A DNA stretch of 64,000 nucleotides, from contig NC_134036.1 of the NCBI RefSeq assembly GCF_964204645.1, forward strand, positions 310,001-374,000, in the 5' to 3' direction. Below, in pieces: positions 35,712 to 48,300 of the stretch. Under the pieces are notes generated by a model, which saw only the letters and a program-made list of their open reading frames with translations, did no database searches and was not told the origin of the DNA. Position 1 is the stretch's first letter. Each line of letters opens with the position of its first letter. Made by a program: the position numbers and the translations under genes. This DNA is from Tubulanus polymorphus. Lineage: Eukaryota > Animalia > Nemertea.

Positions 35712-38173
35712 TCATGGTTATCATAATAAGATTATTAGATTAATACAGTGCGACAGAAAGAGAGGAGAGAGGGAGTGATAGGATGAACGGAGTTTAATCA
35801 ACCTAAAAAGCCTCCAATTCCCATCAGAGACAATAATTAATCAACAATTTTAGATTGAACAGAACAGAACTGGAAGGTTCTTTCCAAATGTTGTGATGAA
35901 CTTTCCTTATTCAGAATATTATCACTAAATCAACATGAACAGTAACAACAACAATGACAGCAGTGATAATTAGAGACCGAAAACTGATTCAATATCTTTG
36001 TTTCAATCAGATTCAACGACTAACTGATTCTATCATTAATCAGAATCACGTAAAAAGTGATTACAGTAATTCTTACAAATCTAGAGCCCAGTTTCACAAA
36101 GCGTAATCATTGTTAAAACCATCATCTTTCAATGAATTCAACGATCGATTGTTATTCGCTTTGAGAAACTGTGTTCAGATCATTGATCATAGGAGATGTA
36201 TATGTAAGACATCGATATATGGAATGAAAATGATCAAGTTTAAAAGCCGCAGATGATATATCAGATATATAAAGCAACGACAGATATCTCAGGGTCCAGT
36301 TTATAATCGACGATATACCGCAGTAATTAAACCGTCCATTAAAACAGTGGATTTTAGATAACCGCGGTTTTTTGATAAACTGGTCCCAGAGGTGAAGATA
36401 AGACTCACTACTACCACCGGCTTTATTATAAACAACATCAGCTTGCTTACCCAGCCATACTGCAACGTATTCCTTTTATCTGTTTATAGGAACAAGAAAT
36501 AACTGAAAATTCATACAGAAATTTCAATAAAATCCTCGCGGTTATGAATGTATTACGTCTATATACCGTCTGGTGCCTCGTCTGTACAATTACTGTCACT
36601 TTTATTCATTGCTCTAATTCTGGGTAATAAGCCAAACTAAATATCGCGACGACCCAAATATATCCAGGCATAATGTTTACTTTAAATCACTCTCAGATGA
36701 TGCGCAGAATGTAATATCATTTGTACAAATAAATAGACGTATGAACTGAGTTTCATATCGGTTAAAAACAGGTTTTGTTTGCTTTGAACAGAATGAATAG
36801 AATAATTCATACAATACAAACATATGTTTCATCAATGGATTCCTGACCGTGATTTGGAGAAAAGCCAAACGCTGTGAAGAGTTTAACAGTAGATATTACA
36901 TCATGGTTTATAGAAATTGGCCGACTATGAAAAAATACAATGAGCCAAATTATCCATAGCAATTGCCCGAATCCTAGAACGCTTAATTTCCTATAGAGAG
37001 AGAGAGAATCCACAGTAATGACTAAGAAGGCCCTATAGTGTTTTATCAATGGTGAACGCTGAATTTATTAGTATCAGTGTGGTTGAACCTCCGGCAATCC
37101 AACATTCCTAAGCCCTTACGTTCAATCAGAATAAATGATTTAGGTCTGTACATCTGAAATAATAAAAGGCGAGATTCCGGCAGGTGAGCTAAAAAAGGCA
37201 TTTCTTCTCCATCTTACTACAATCAGCGGAACAACAACCTTCACACTGCCGCCCTGAGCTTGCCAAATGCACTATGAATTTGGTACATGGACCCCCATGG
37301 GCGCAACATGAGCCTTGGTAGCATAAGGCAGCCAGTACACGGAAGAACTAACACTAACAAGCAAGAGGACCCCAGGCGGCAGGCCCAGACAGATGGAGTA
37401 ATTGCCTGATGATAGAACAACCAGTAAATTCCATGCCAAATAGGTTACCACACTACACAATGCTATAATGAATGATGCGGATGTTGTGTATTATTTTAAA
37501 ACTTACGAAAAAAGGTTCAAATAACTATGTAATGATTAAAAGGGTGGGATTTCAGAGGGGTTCGACGTCAATCAAGGAACAGCCATCCCTCAGTCGCTTC
37601 GAAAAACATCGACTCTAACCAGATACAACGGGCATACTCGCAGAAAATAAAACTGATTGTTAAGTTACCTTTGTTGTGCGTCCGTGGGTGTTAATTTCGA
37701 TCCGTAAATATTCTGAATTTAGTCCGAAATTCGCGTCGAAACGAGAGAAAAATTAGAAATTTATTTTTTCAACTGGACGCAATTTACTTCCGGGTCCACA
37801 GTGGCTGTTCACCCCCACTCCCACCGGCTAAGTGTGAATCAAGCTTTTCAATCGCTTTTATCCGTAAATTTCATTTCAGATACTTTATCCAACGCATTTA
37901 ATCTATTGAATAACATTATTTTTCACTGAAAATACGATGGATATTTTGGTAGTTAAAAGCGTTCAATAAATCATAGATTGTATTGAAGTTCTTTTTTTCA
38001 GCAGAAACGACGTACCATTTGAAATATCATTTTTTTCACAAATTACACATCAAATTCAAAATATGACCGTAAGTTCTGAAAAAAATATTATAAATATGAG
38101 ATTAAGATTATAAACAGATTTCATATCGGTAAAAATCGCGTTATTTTGCAGTTTTTCCCTGTCAGGACACTTG

Positions 38174-38188
38174 GTTGCTAGGGGCAAC
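38174..38188. promoter_or_regulatory. RFX X-box in the DNAH6 promoter
   Basis: GTTGCT-AGG-GGCAAC fits GTNRCY-N(0-3)-RGYAAC. It is followed by CAAGATGGCCG (YY1-like, 38200), extra GTTGCTAGG half-sites (~38463, ~38642) and a forkhead-like TGTAAACAA (~38802). X-boxes are an established ciliary-gene signature. Confidence 0.75.
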
Positions 38189-39333
38189 GTGAGAAGAACC
38201 AAGATGGCCGTAGTTGTTTTGTAAAGAACTCGCAGAAAACACTTTCAAATCTGTTCGCATCAAGTTCGCAAACGTCGAAAAGTTTGCGCAATCTGGTATA
38301 TGAGATGCCCGAGGACCTAATTGTGTATTTTAACATCAATAGATTGCCATTGATTGTGATGATTTCTTTTGGTCGTGAAATGGCAATGTTAGCTGAGTGG
38401 AACTGACAAAATATTATTACGAAATCTTAAAATCGTCAAAATCGTTTTTTTTAGAATCAACCGTTGCTAGGCCTGTATGTAAAGAGTATCAAATCGTTTT
38501 AGGTGAAAGTGGATATTTTTTTCCGATTGTGATTTTTTGAAAAATTGTTGTGGCCATCATTGGCCAAGTATAGCAAATCTTGTTCAAAGAATTTAAACTG
38601 TTTGTGGCAGTCATGGCTGTTTTGATGTGTCTATAATTTGTGTTGCTAGGCCAGTACTTTATGAGATAAAGAATATTTTGGCTTTTTTCTGGTTATGATT
38701 TTGCAGAATTTCTGAGAATTTGGACATATAGGCCTATTGAAGAAAACTTAGGTCTGGTTAGCTGGTCTGGTTAGCTTACAAATTGACATTGTCTTTTCTT
38801 ATGTAAACAATTCTAGTTTTCAGTTACTTGATTATGAATTTTTTAAATCAGATTTGTTGTTTTTTGTGATTTGAACTGTGTTAACAAACTAGTAATAAAG
38901 CGCCAATTTACTGATGCCTTATGATGCCCCATATACTTAACTACTCTTCTATTCTGCTTGTAATTTGATTCTACTAAAAATTTGCCTAAATTACCTTTTT
39001 AAGTTTATTTAAGTTTTTGAGATACAAAGAAAAGCCCTTATGAATTCTGTTGATTTATTGGTTTGACTGCAAATAGGCCTCATGCAATTGAGACATGTAA
39101 TTTGGGTTTCGTTAATAGTTTGATTATAAGACAAATGATTTGGAAAATTTGAGAGTTCTTTTTAGATTTTGAAGAAAAAGCTATAAGGAAATTCTTTGAT
39201 GGTGAATTAGATTTCCTCTTTAAATGTTTCATTAATTTGCTAGTTCTAAATATTAGAATATGATTTCCTCTTCCGCAGCCGGGAACAGAAGGAGCATTCC
39301 CTTCAAGACGGAGCATTCCCTTCATTGTTGAAG

Positions 39334-42300
39334 ATGGCGTCCCACGACCCGCTGATAGCTAACGGGACGACACGTCGCGATATTTCCTCCAACAATGATT
39401 TAGACGATTCAGCTCAGTTACCGGGCGTCGACGCCGATCAGTTGAGAGCGAGGTTGTATTCGTACGCCCCGAAACAAGCGTCGCCCCCGAAAGCTCTGCG
39501 GTTTAATCGCCCGACGAAATCTCAAGTACGACGCGCCGGAATACCGTCAGGACCTAAACTAGAACCATTGGTAAGCCGTTTAGAAATAGGGCCTGAAAGA
39601 TCGGCTATTCCTGCCACCAGATGGCGAGCGTAACAATCGGACATTTTGATCAAAACTTACTTCATTATCAAATTAACAATTTAGATGAAGTTGTCTTTAG
39701 AAAAACTCAAGATTGATCTTTACAGTTTGCTATTTGAAATGATTTTTGGAATGTCGTTGAATTTCATAATCGCATTTATTTTTAATTGAATCCGGGCAGA
39801 AATCTGGCATACTAGCGCCATCTGGTGGATGTTCACTTGCCACGAGTAGAATCCTGACTAATTGTATTGAATGTATTTATATTTCAGCCTGTTTTACAAG
39901 TTCATCAATATCAAAACCGTCCGGAATATATTCACAGAATTTACCGCGAGAAAATAGCAACGAAAGATGAAGACTCGACGAGCGCCGGCGGTGGCCCGGA
40001 GCCGAAAAAACTCAAACGGGCCGGGTCCGTAGAACCGATGGAACGCCCGAAAAGTGCGGCATCGCTCCCGGAATTACCGGATGATCTGAAAGTGAAGCAG
40101 GTGAGTCGATCTATTCACCCCGAGCCCAAAAAATCTGCTAGCCCCCTCCCCCCAAAAAAAATCGAGCCCTCTACCCCAAAAAATCTGCGAGCCTCTTACC
40201 CCAAAAAATCTGCTAGCTCTTACCCCAAAAAATCTGCGAGCCTTATACTCAAAAAGAAAAACAAACTAAAATTCAGCCTCAGAATTTCATCTATCCATGA
40301 GTAATTCCTCTGACAATCCAAGGACTTAACTTAGGTCAACTCTCCAAGACCTGATCAACAGAAAACCTTTTTACTTCATAGTCATCTCTTTGAGCCTGAA
40401 CCTGTTTGTAGATGATAGATATTCTGTATATAATGAATTGTACATTGTTTCTGTCCGCTGTCACGCTGCTGGCCGACGCTGCTCTCAGGATTATTACACT
40501 ACTGATTATAATTGCGACGATTTTGAATTGAAATCTGTCAATTCATCGTTAGTCTCCAGTAAAACGGATTCGGAAATCTCCGCGGAGAAATCTGAGAATA
40601 TTAAATCAAAATTTAGTTCCGATGATTCGGAGGAATTCGAGAATATTTCCGCGACTTTTCAACCTCAAAGACACGCGAGAAAACTGAGCGTCTCCACTCG
40701 AATTCAAATATCATACGACGTTTTAGAAAACATACGAAATACTGCGCAACAATGCGAGCGGCGGTCGTCAATAGCGATGAGAACGGACGATACGCCCGCA
40801 AAGAGTCGACCGGCAACATCTATATTGAGTCGGAGAAAACTGAGTCGAGCTCAAACGTGTTTCAGCGTCGTACGATTCGCCGACGACGACCGCAACAATA
40901 CGGACCAGTTTATCGTCAATAGCAACAACAACAACAACAGCAGCAGCAGACGTAGGAATGATGAATTCTGTGATTCCTCAAGATTAGATACTGATATCTA
41001 CACCGCAGCAGATGATGATGCGACTGATAGTCTCAGAGGTTTAGCAACAGGAAATGAAGAGAGTGGATATTTGAATTCCACGGTGGATACTGCGTATTGC
41101 AGTATGTCACAGGTGGATGATTCCGCGTTCTCGACGATATCGAAATCTCAATCGTTAATTGCGGATTTAACCGGACTCAGCGAAACCGGATATTTCAGTC
41201 AATCAGATTTCTACGAATCGACAGTGAATCTACAAGAGAATCGACGTGTGAATCGCGAGGTGATGAATCTATGCATGATTCACTTCACTCTGTTACAAGC
41301 ATGCTGCATGTACAACCGATAAATATTCACTTATATTTAGCTTTTATCGTTTATTATTTTAATGATCTTTTTATTTCATCTGTTTTCCAGATTTCAATGT
41401 TTTCGATTCTCTATAAATAATTGATTAAGTTCGTTCTCTATTCGCTGTTACAGGATAGTTTCCACCAGGGGTCGCCGCTATCGCCGACACCCCCTAAAGA
41501 CGCGAAACCCTTGTCGCCCGGACGAACGAAGGTGAAACAAGCGGCGACGTCGAAGACCGGGCAACTTGAGGAAGGTTTGTATTTGTAATCTGTGATCTGT
41601 AGAATTCAGCAAGAAATGACTGTGGAATCATTGTTTCTCAATCATGGTGGGCGTTGACCTGAGACTTAGGGAATCACAAAAAGCTAGAAAGAACCACGGA
41701 GTTTGACAAATTTTATCAAAAACCTGTAAAACTCTGGATAAATTCGGATATTGCTATTGATAATGTGTTTCTTTATCAGTACGTGATTCAATGAAAAATG
41801 AATTATTTGTAACATTTTAAACTTAGAAATGTCTCTGATTCACTGTGGGAATTTTGTGTAATCACATGGAAAAATCAGGGAAAACTAAACAAAATTGTTA
41901 ATGGGTGAAAAGTGGCGACACTGAGGGAGTCGAAAAATAGCAATGAATTTGGAAAATCATTACCAAAAAATTAGGGAGAAAAGATCAAGGAAAACTCATT
42001 GTGTAAATGGGCGGAAAGTGGCGCCACCCTGTAATTTATTTGATTGTAATATTTCAGTAGCGTTAACGATGAACGTTTCGATCGACCCGTTAGAAATCGT
42101 CCGCTGGATCCGTGAGACTCCTCGAGCCGGATTTCTTTATCTCAGTCCTGCCTGTTCTAAATCATCAGTTCATCATCACTATTATAACCTCAAGTAAGTT
42201 GTACTTCATCATTCACGTAGTTATCTGATGTCTGGACCCTGCATCTATCTCAGACAACCTGTACCTTGTTCGTCCTTCATTCTGCTGTCTAGGGTTAGGT

Positions 42301-45300
42301 TTAGGGCCTACACCCTTCGCTCCAATCTACTGCCTGTATCCTGCATCTACCTCAGACAATCTGTACTCTGCACATCCTTCAATCTACTGTCTAGGGTTAG
42401 GTTTAGGGCCTGCCCCCCTCAAGACATTTTCCCTCAGATAACTGACCATTTGACTGGTGAAGTCTGTGCGATTGATTCTCCGTGCATGCTGATAATATCT
42501 CTCCTCTGTCTGTTGGGGTCAGGGGTAAAAAAACTGTAATTCATTTTCAAATGAAAATACCACAGAATACCCCAGGCTCGAGACAGAAAGGACCTGCTGA
42601 AGTCTTGAAGCTTTGACAATCAGTTTTTGTATTCGACATTGATGATTTTTTTTTTTTCGATTTGTTTTTTTTCGATTTATAGAATTGTAAATCACGAGAA
42701 CGTCAATAAACACGACTACTTGACGATCAGTCAGAAAGGTGTAACGCGTATCCGTAGCGACGACGAAACTGAATTCATTGTTCTCGATCGATGGGAACAG
42801 GAATATATACACTTTCAAAAACTACGAAAGGTCAGAAGAAAAATATGGAAAAAATGTCAAATTTTCTCCTTGTAGAAATGGAATTGTTTTGACTCATTAT
42901 CCTACGTCGTTCGCCGATATTTTCTCGCTGTTTTTCGCGGAGATTTTTAAACGCAGATTTTCTCTGCTATTTCAGGTGAAAGCGTTTTATTTATTCCGTA
43001 AATGGAAAGCGTTCAGCGTTTGGAGGAAGAACGTGCTGCACAAAAAAATTCACAACTGCAAAAAAGCTCTCAACGAGAATCTGTTCATTGTTAATATGGT
43101 GAGTTTTGAAATAATCAGAAACTTTTCTGAAAAGTAAATCAAATTCCAGTGAAATCAATACCATGTGCTGAGTGGGAGAGAGAGGCTTCTATCTATCCGA
43201 TGACTCGTTTGATAATTTCCGGATTTGGAAGCCTAAAAATCCGAGTTCAAATTTCATCGAAAATGAACTGATTTTTCACTACGAATAACCCGGTGTTTTG
43301 TTGCGCCATCTGGTGGTACCCGTTGTACTGGTGGTACAGGTAGTTAGACGAGAAGATGCACAATATCCGTGTACGATGATGACGAGAGAAATCCCACAAT
43401 AGCGAAGCCAAGATTGAAAAATTCTATATCAGAATGATTATATTTGAGGAGCGACTTTACGGCTAACATCAGGCGTACTGAGTGGTACAGGTGTTCTGTT
43501 CTATTGATACTGTTACTATGTTGTATTTTTAGTCGTTGCGTCCTGCTCTGTTAAACGTTAGAGAGATGTGTTATCGTATCAGCGATATGGGATTGTGTAA
43601 AGTAGAGAAGGGTCACACGTATGCTCTAACGGAATTCCGCGAGGCGCAGTTCGAACAGCTAAACGAAGTCGCCGGACGACTCACCGAGTTCAGAGATCTC
43701 GTAAAAGAAGTCGTGCGTTCGGCTTGTCGTACGGCTCTGTTAGAAGCAGGTTTTACTCCCGATGATTATTTCTTCGACGGCGCCGACAGTCCGGGTAAGT
43801 CTGCTGTTTTAAACTCCTCGTTATAACGAACTAACAAAAACTTATCATATTTTACAAGTGTAGAAATTCGTTTCGAATGTGTGTAAGTTAATCTGGATAA
43901 TTTCACACATTCAACTCTTAATTATCTGTCACCCAAATATTGAATCTCTCATAACAAAATTTAGTTCCTTATCGATTAAAATGATATATATCTAACGACC
44001 ACCTGTGATTATCAACCAGCGAGACAACTGTCCTAATAGTGTAGAGGATACTCAAGAGTCTGAACTGGGTAATAACAAACCATCAGTTTTCTGGTGCCAT
44101 GAAGTTCGTTGTAACAAGGTTACACTAATGTTTTCATCTCCTCGGTGAATGTTTGCTGAATTTTAGAAGATTTCTTTATGAATTTAATCTCGAACTGTTG
44201 TCTCGTATCGGCAGGAGCAGACGGAGCGCCGGGAACGTCCTCTAGTTACATGCAGAGCAATTACGATATGGATATCTACGGAGAGGCTCCAGATAAAATG
44301 ACATACACGGAACAAGCGAACAAACGGGCTCACTGCAAAAGACTGACCTGGTAAATATTGAAAACTGCATGATTTTCTATTGTAGACATTTAGAAATTCT
44401 TTAAATTTTGACTTTGTACCCTATTGATATTCTTGCCTAAATTTCCCGGGCCTGGTTTTATAGACTGATATTTACTTTTTAGCCCTCAATCCTATCCACA
44501 AAGTAATTCATAATTATTTGAGAAATTCAGTTGATAAAAGGAAGGAAGACCTATAAATCCTATAAACTTGAAGTAATATGAATTTATCATTATTATTCAG
44601 TTTTATTCGGCTAGCTGATTACTTGATAGTCAACACGATGCACGTACTAGCGGTGAACTCGGTATCCACACTACTGAACTACCTGACCGACCAGCTACAG
44701 AACACGCCACCTATTGCTGAAATACAGGCGTTCATGAACGAACCGGAAGAGGTCGAAGAAACCGAGGAAGAATCGAAGAAGAAGAAAGAAGAAAAAGTCG
44801 ATCCCAACGCAGAGGTTTGTGTCCGATTAATCAACCTCAACTTGACTCTAATGTTCACAAATAGAGATTCATTTTTAAATCAATTTACGATTAACTGAAT
44901 TAATGAAAAAATTAAATCCATGTAGGACTTAAACTTATTAATGAAACTGTGTGCAGAGTCCAGTTTCACAAGAAAAAGTTTAATCTAAAATTGGGTCAGT
45001 TTAAATGTTGTCATTCAGTTCGCACATTTTCATAAAACTGCTTTAGTTCACATACAGGTCATATTTTGCGAACTGAAATTGTCAATATATTTTTTCCTAG
45101 GATGAAGAAGACCAACAGAAGATCCTGCCACCCCTATTTACGAATGAGTTCATCTTGGAGCCGAACCAGTTGATTTTCTATCCGGATCAGGACGAGTTTC
45201 AGGACAGTATCGTTGAAGTGATTAAGAGATTTCAGGACGCTGTACTTAGTGTTCAGAATCTCGTTCCTGATCAATACTTCGACGCTTTCACCAGGTAGGA

Positions 45301-48300
45301 GTTTATTACAATACTACAACGTCTAGTGTGGTAAGAACCTTCACAAACAATCATCAAACAATGTCAGGTTTTAAGGTTTAGATTTTCACAAAGAATCCTA
45401 TGTGACTTGATGTATCAGATCCCAGTTCCTCAGTTCTGTTGAGTTTGCGACTTGAAAACTAGGACTTTTTCACCCTCAATGAACCGAGCTCAACTCAGGG
45501 TATTGAATATTAGCAAGTTTTAGGTTTCATAATTCCTTCAATCCATTAAGAACGTAATCAATAGCAAGTTTGGGGTTGGTTTTTCCCAGAATTAAAAGGC
45601 GTGAGCTCATAGGAGAAGAACCTTTTACTAAGAAACTGTAGCCAACACCTGGATTCGAACCAAGAAGGACCAGTGAAATAGCGACCACTCTGAAAAAAAT
45701 GCGAGAATTCTATTTTGATTTTTTAGGCCGATAATCAACAATAAATTTGAAGATAAAACCTGCGGAGAAGGACCGAGTTTAACGACGATGTTCGACGATG
45801 ATCGCCACCTACAGACGATCGTGCAAAACATTCGCGAAGCGTTATCAGCCGCATTTAACGCAGCCAATCAGTACGCGGATTGCTTCGAACCGTATCGCGA
45901 ATTCTACCGTGAAAATGAGAGTCTCGATTTAGAATCGGTTCGTGAAGCAGAACACGGTGAGTTACACATAATCCTGATAGATGGCGACGCAGTATAAATC
46001 AGATAGAAATCCTGAGAAGGGAATCAATCCTGCCTCGAATGATTTTAGAGTTATTTGTTATCAAATCTTGTGTTTGACAAAAAAGAAAATGTCTGGATAT
46101 TGTCTAGAAATTAAAGGATTAATTGTTTAATGTGTGTTTGTCTCAGATACAACAGCAGCAGCAGCAGCTGCATCAGCTAGTGCTGAATCGGCTAGGAGAC
46201 GTCACAGCCTCAACTCTCTAACTATTAGTTCAGCTAGATTAGGTCGCCCTACAACTAATACAGTACTCGACGGTAACCATACACACAACACTTAAACAAA
46301 CTGAATTGTTGTATTTCAGTGCTGCACGCGTGCGTCTGTTTCACCAACATTTATTTAGTGAATTTTATCTCGAGATTGTGTGAATAATTGTTATTGTCAC
46401 TGTCTATTTGTTTCTGCCTGTTTTATTCCCAGTTCCGAAATCATCGAGAAATCAATTTCAGCTCAAATTAATCTCAATTTCCGTTTTGAGAAATCATTTT
46501 CAACTCAAATTAATCTCGATTTCCGTTTCGAGAAATCATTTTCAACTCATATTAATCTCGATTTCCTTTTCCGTTATTTTAGACGTAGAATTCTTCCGCG
46601 AGTCGTTGGTTCGTTATCACAAACAACACAAGATGGCCGAACGTATCATCGAGAAGCGCCCTCTTGGCATGTTACTGGTAGACGGAACTAAAATGAAGAA
46701 TCTACTGATTCCGTCTCCGTTGCGATGTCTGGAAGCGATCAACGACATGTTGCCTAAACTGGCGAGACGCGAAGTCGATCGTTTAATAGCTGAGTTACAG
46801 GACGGTCAGTTTAAACTCGAGATCGTTCCCACGACGACCAACGAGTTCGTAGAGAGTTTATCGTTTTTGGACGTCGTCCAGGAGAGAATCGACCCGCTCG
46901 AGAGAGAGGCTGAAACCGTTAAAGAGATGTATGAGCTGATAGATCAATTCACGGTTCCGACTCCGCCGGAAGACTTCGCCGTTTATCAGGTATATACACT
47001 AAATATCAGGGAAATATTGATAGAAAAAATAATAAAAATGTTCTGGAATTTATTATGGACCTGTGGCAAGTGGGAATTCCAGAAGGATCTACCAGGTGTC
47101 GCTAGTAATTCTAAAATTCAATTAAATTCTTAACTTTTCTCATTAACAAAATGTATGTGGACAATTCTATAGTTGCAACATCTGGTGTGCACTGTCGGTA
47201 ATTTGTTAAATTGTGTAGTCACGCCACCTGGTGTGTGCCGTCAGTAACCGATTGATCGTTGTATTTTACAGACATTGAACCCGTCGATAATGAACGTGAA
47301 AAACGCTATCGATAAATCATTAACGGAACGAGACGCGAATATCGATAAATTCTGTACACATCTCGATAAAGATATCGGAGAATTAGCGAAGGAGGTCAAA
47401 GAGGTCAAACAAGCCGCTCAGGTAGGTTCATTACAGAGAAAGTGCTTTAAAATACACTAAACTATCCACTGGTTAACTGTGGACAACTTTTGAGCAACTG
47501 ACCCCAGGGTGATCACTTTCCTTGAAGGGTAAAGTCTCAGCTCTTAGACTGGGGCCAGTTGCACAGTCATGACTTAAGTACAAAAGTGGTCTTAAATCTA
47601 AAGACTGGTCTTAAGTTGTTAGACTGGCTATAGAACTAAGTTGGTCTTAGACTGGTCTTAAGTCTAAGTCATGACTATGTAACCGGCCCCTGGTGTTAAA
47701 TCTAAGCATCGTGTGGCCTCGACATCAACTCGATAAATTATCAAAAGGTTTTGAAATCGTGAATTTATATTTTCAGAACAAAATGATTTTGGATCCGAAA
47801 TCTGAGAAAGATAAAGTTCGCGCGATGTTGAAGAAACTTCTCGATCAAATGGAAGACTTACAGAAACGCGCGTTCACTTATAAATCATATCAGAAAAATT
47901 TCAAAGTCGAAGTGACGAAATTCGACGCGTTGGAAGAAGCTCACGCCGAATTGAAACTGAAACAATTGTTGTGGGAAGCGTTGGACGAATGGGACACGAT
48001 GGTCGTCGATTGGACAGACGTAAGTATCGTTTATTAGATCAGGTTTCAGTTACACAGTTCTGTCGGTTAAACATCTGATTCAAGGGTTGAGATGTCTGAA
48101 TTTGATAGCCAAACTTCACCAGATATTTCGAATCCAGCAGTTTTCTCAATCTATGGTGGTTTGAAACTTCGAGAGTCCAACTGAATTGACAGCAGTAGAA
48201 CGGAGTCCTGAGTTTCGAGTTAAGATTTGACTTGGATTTAAAACATCGAAAATGAACAGATTTTAAACTCAAACGAACTGTGGAACTAGATAATTTAGTA

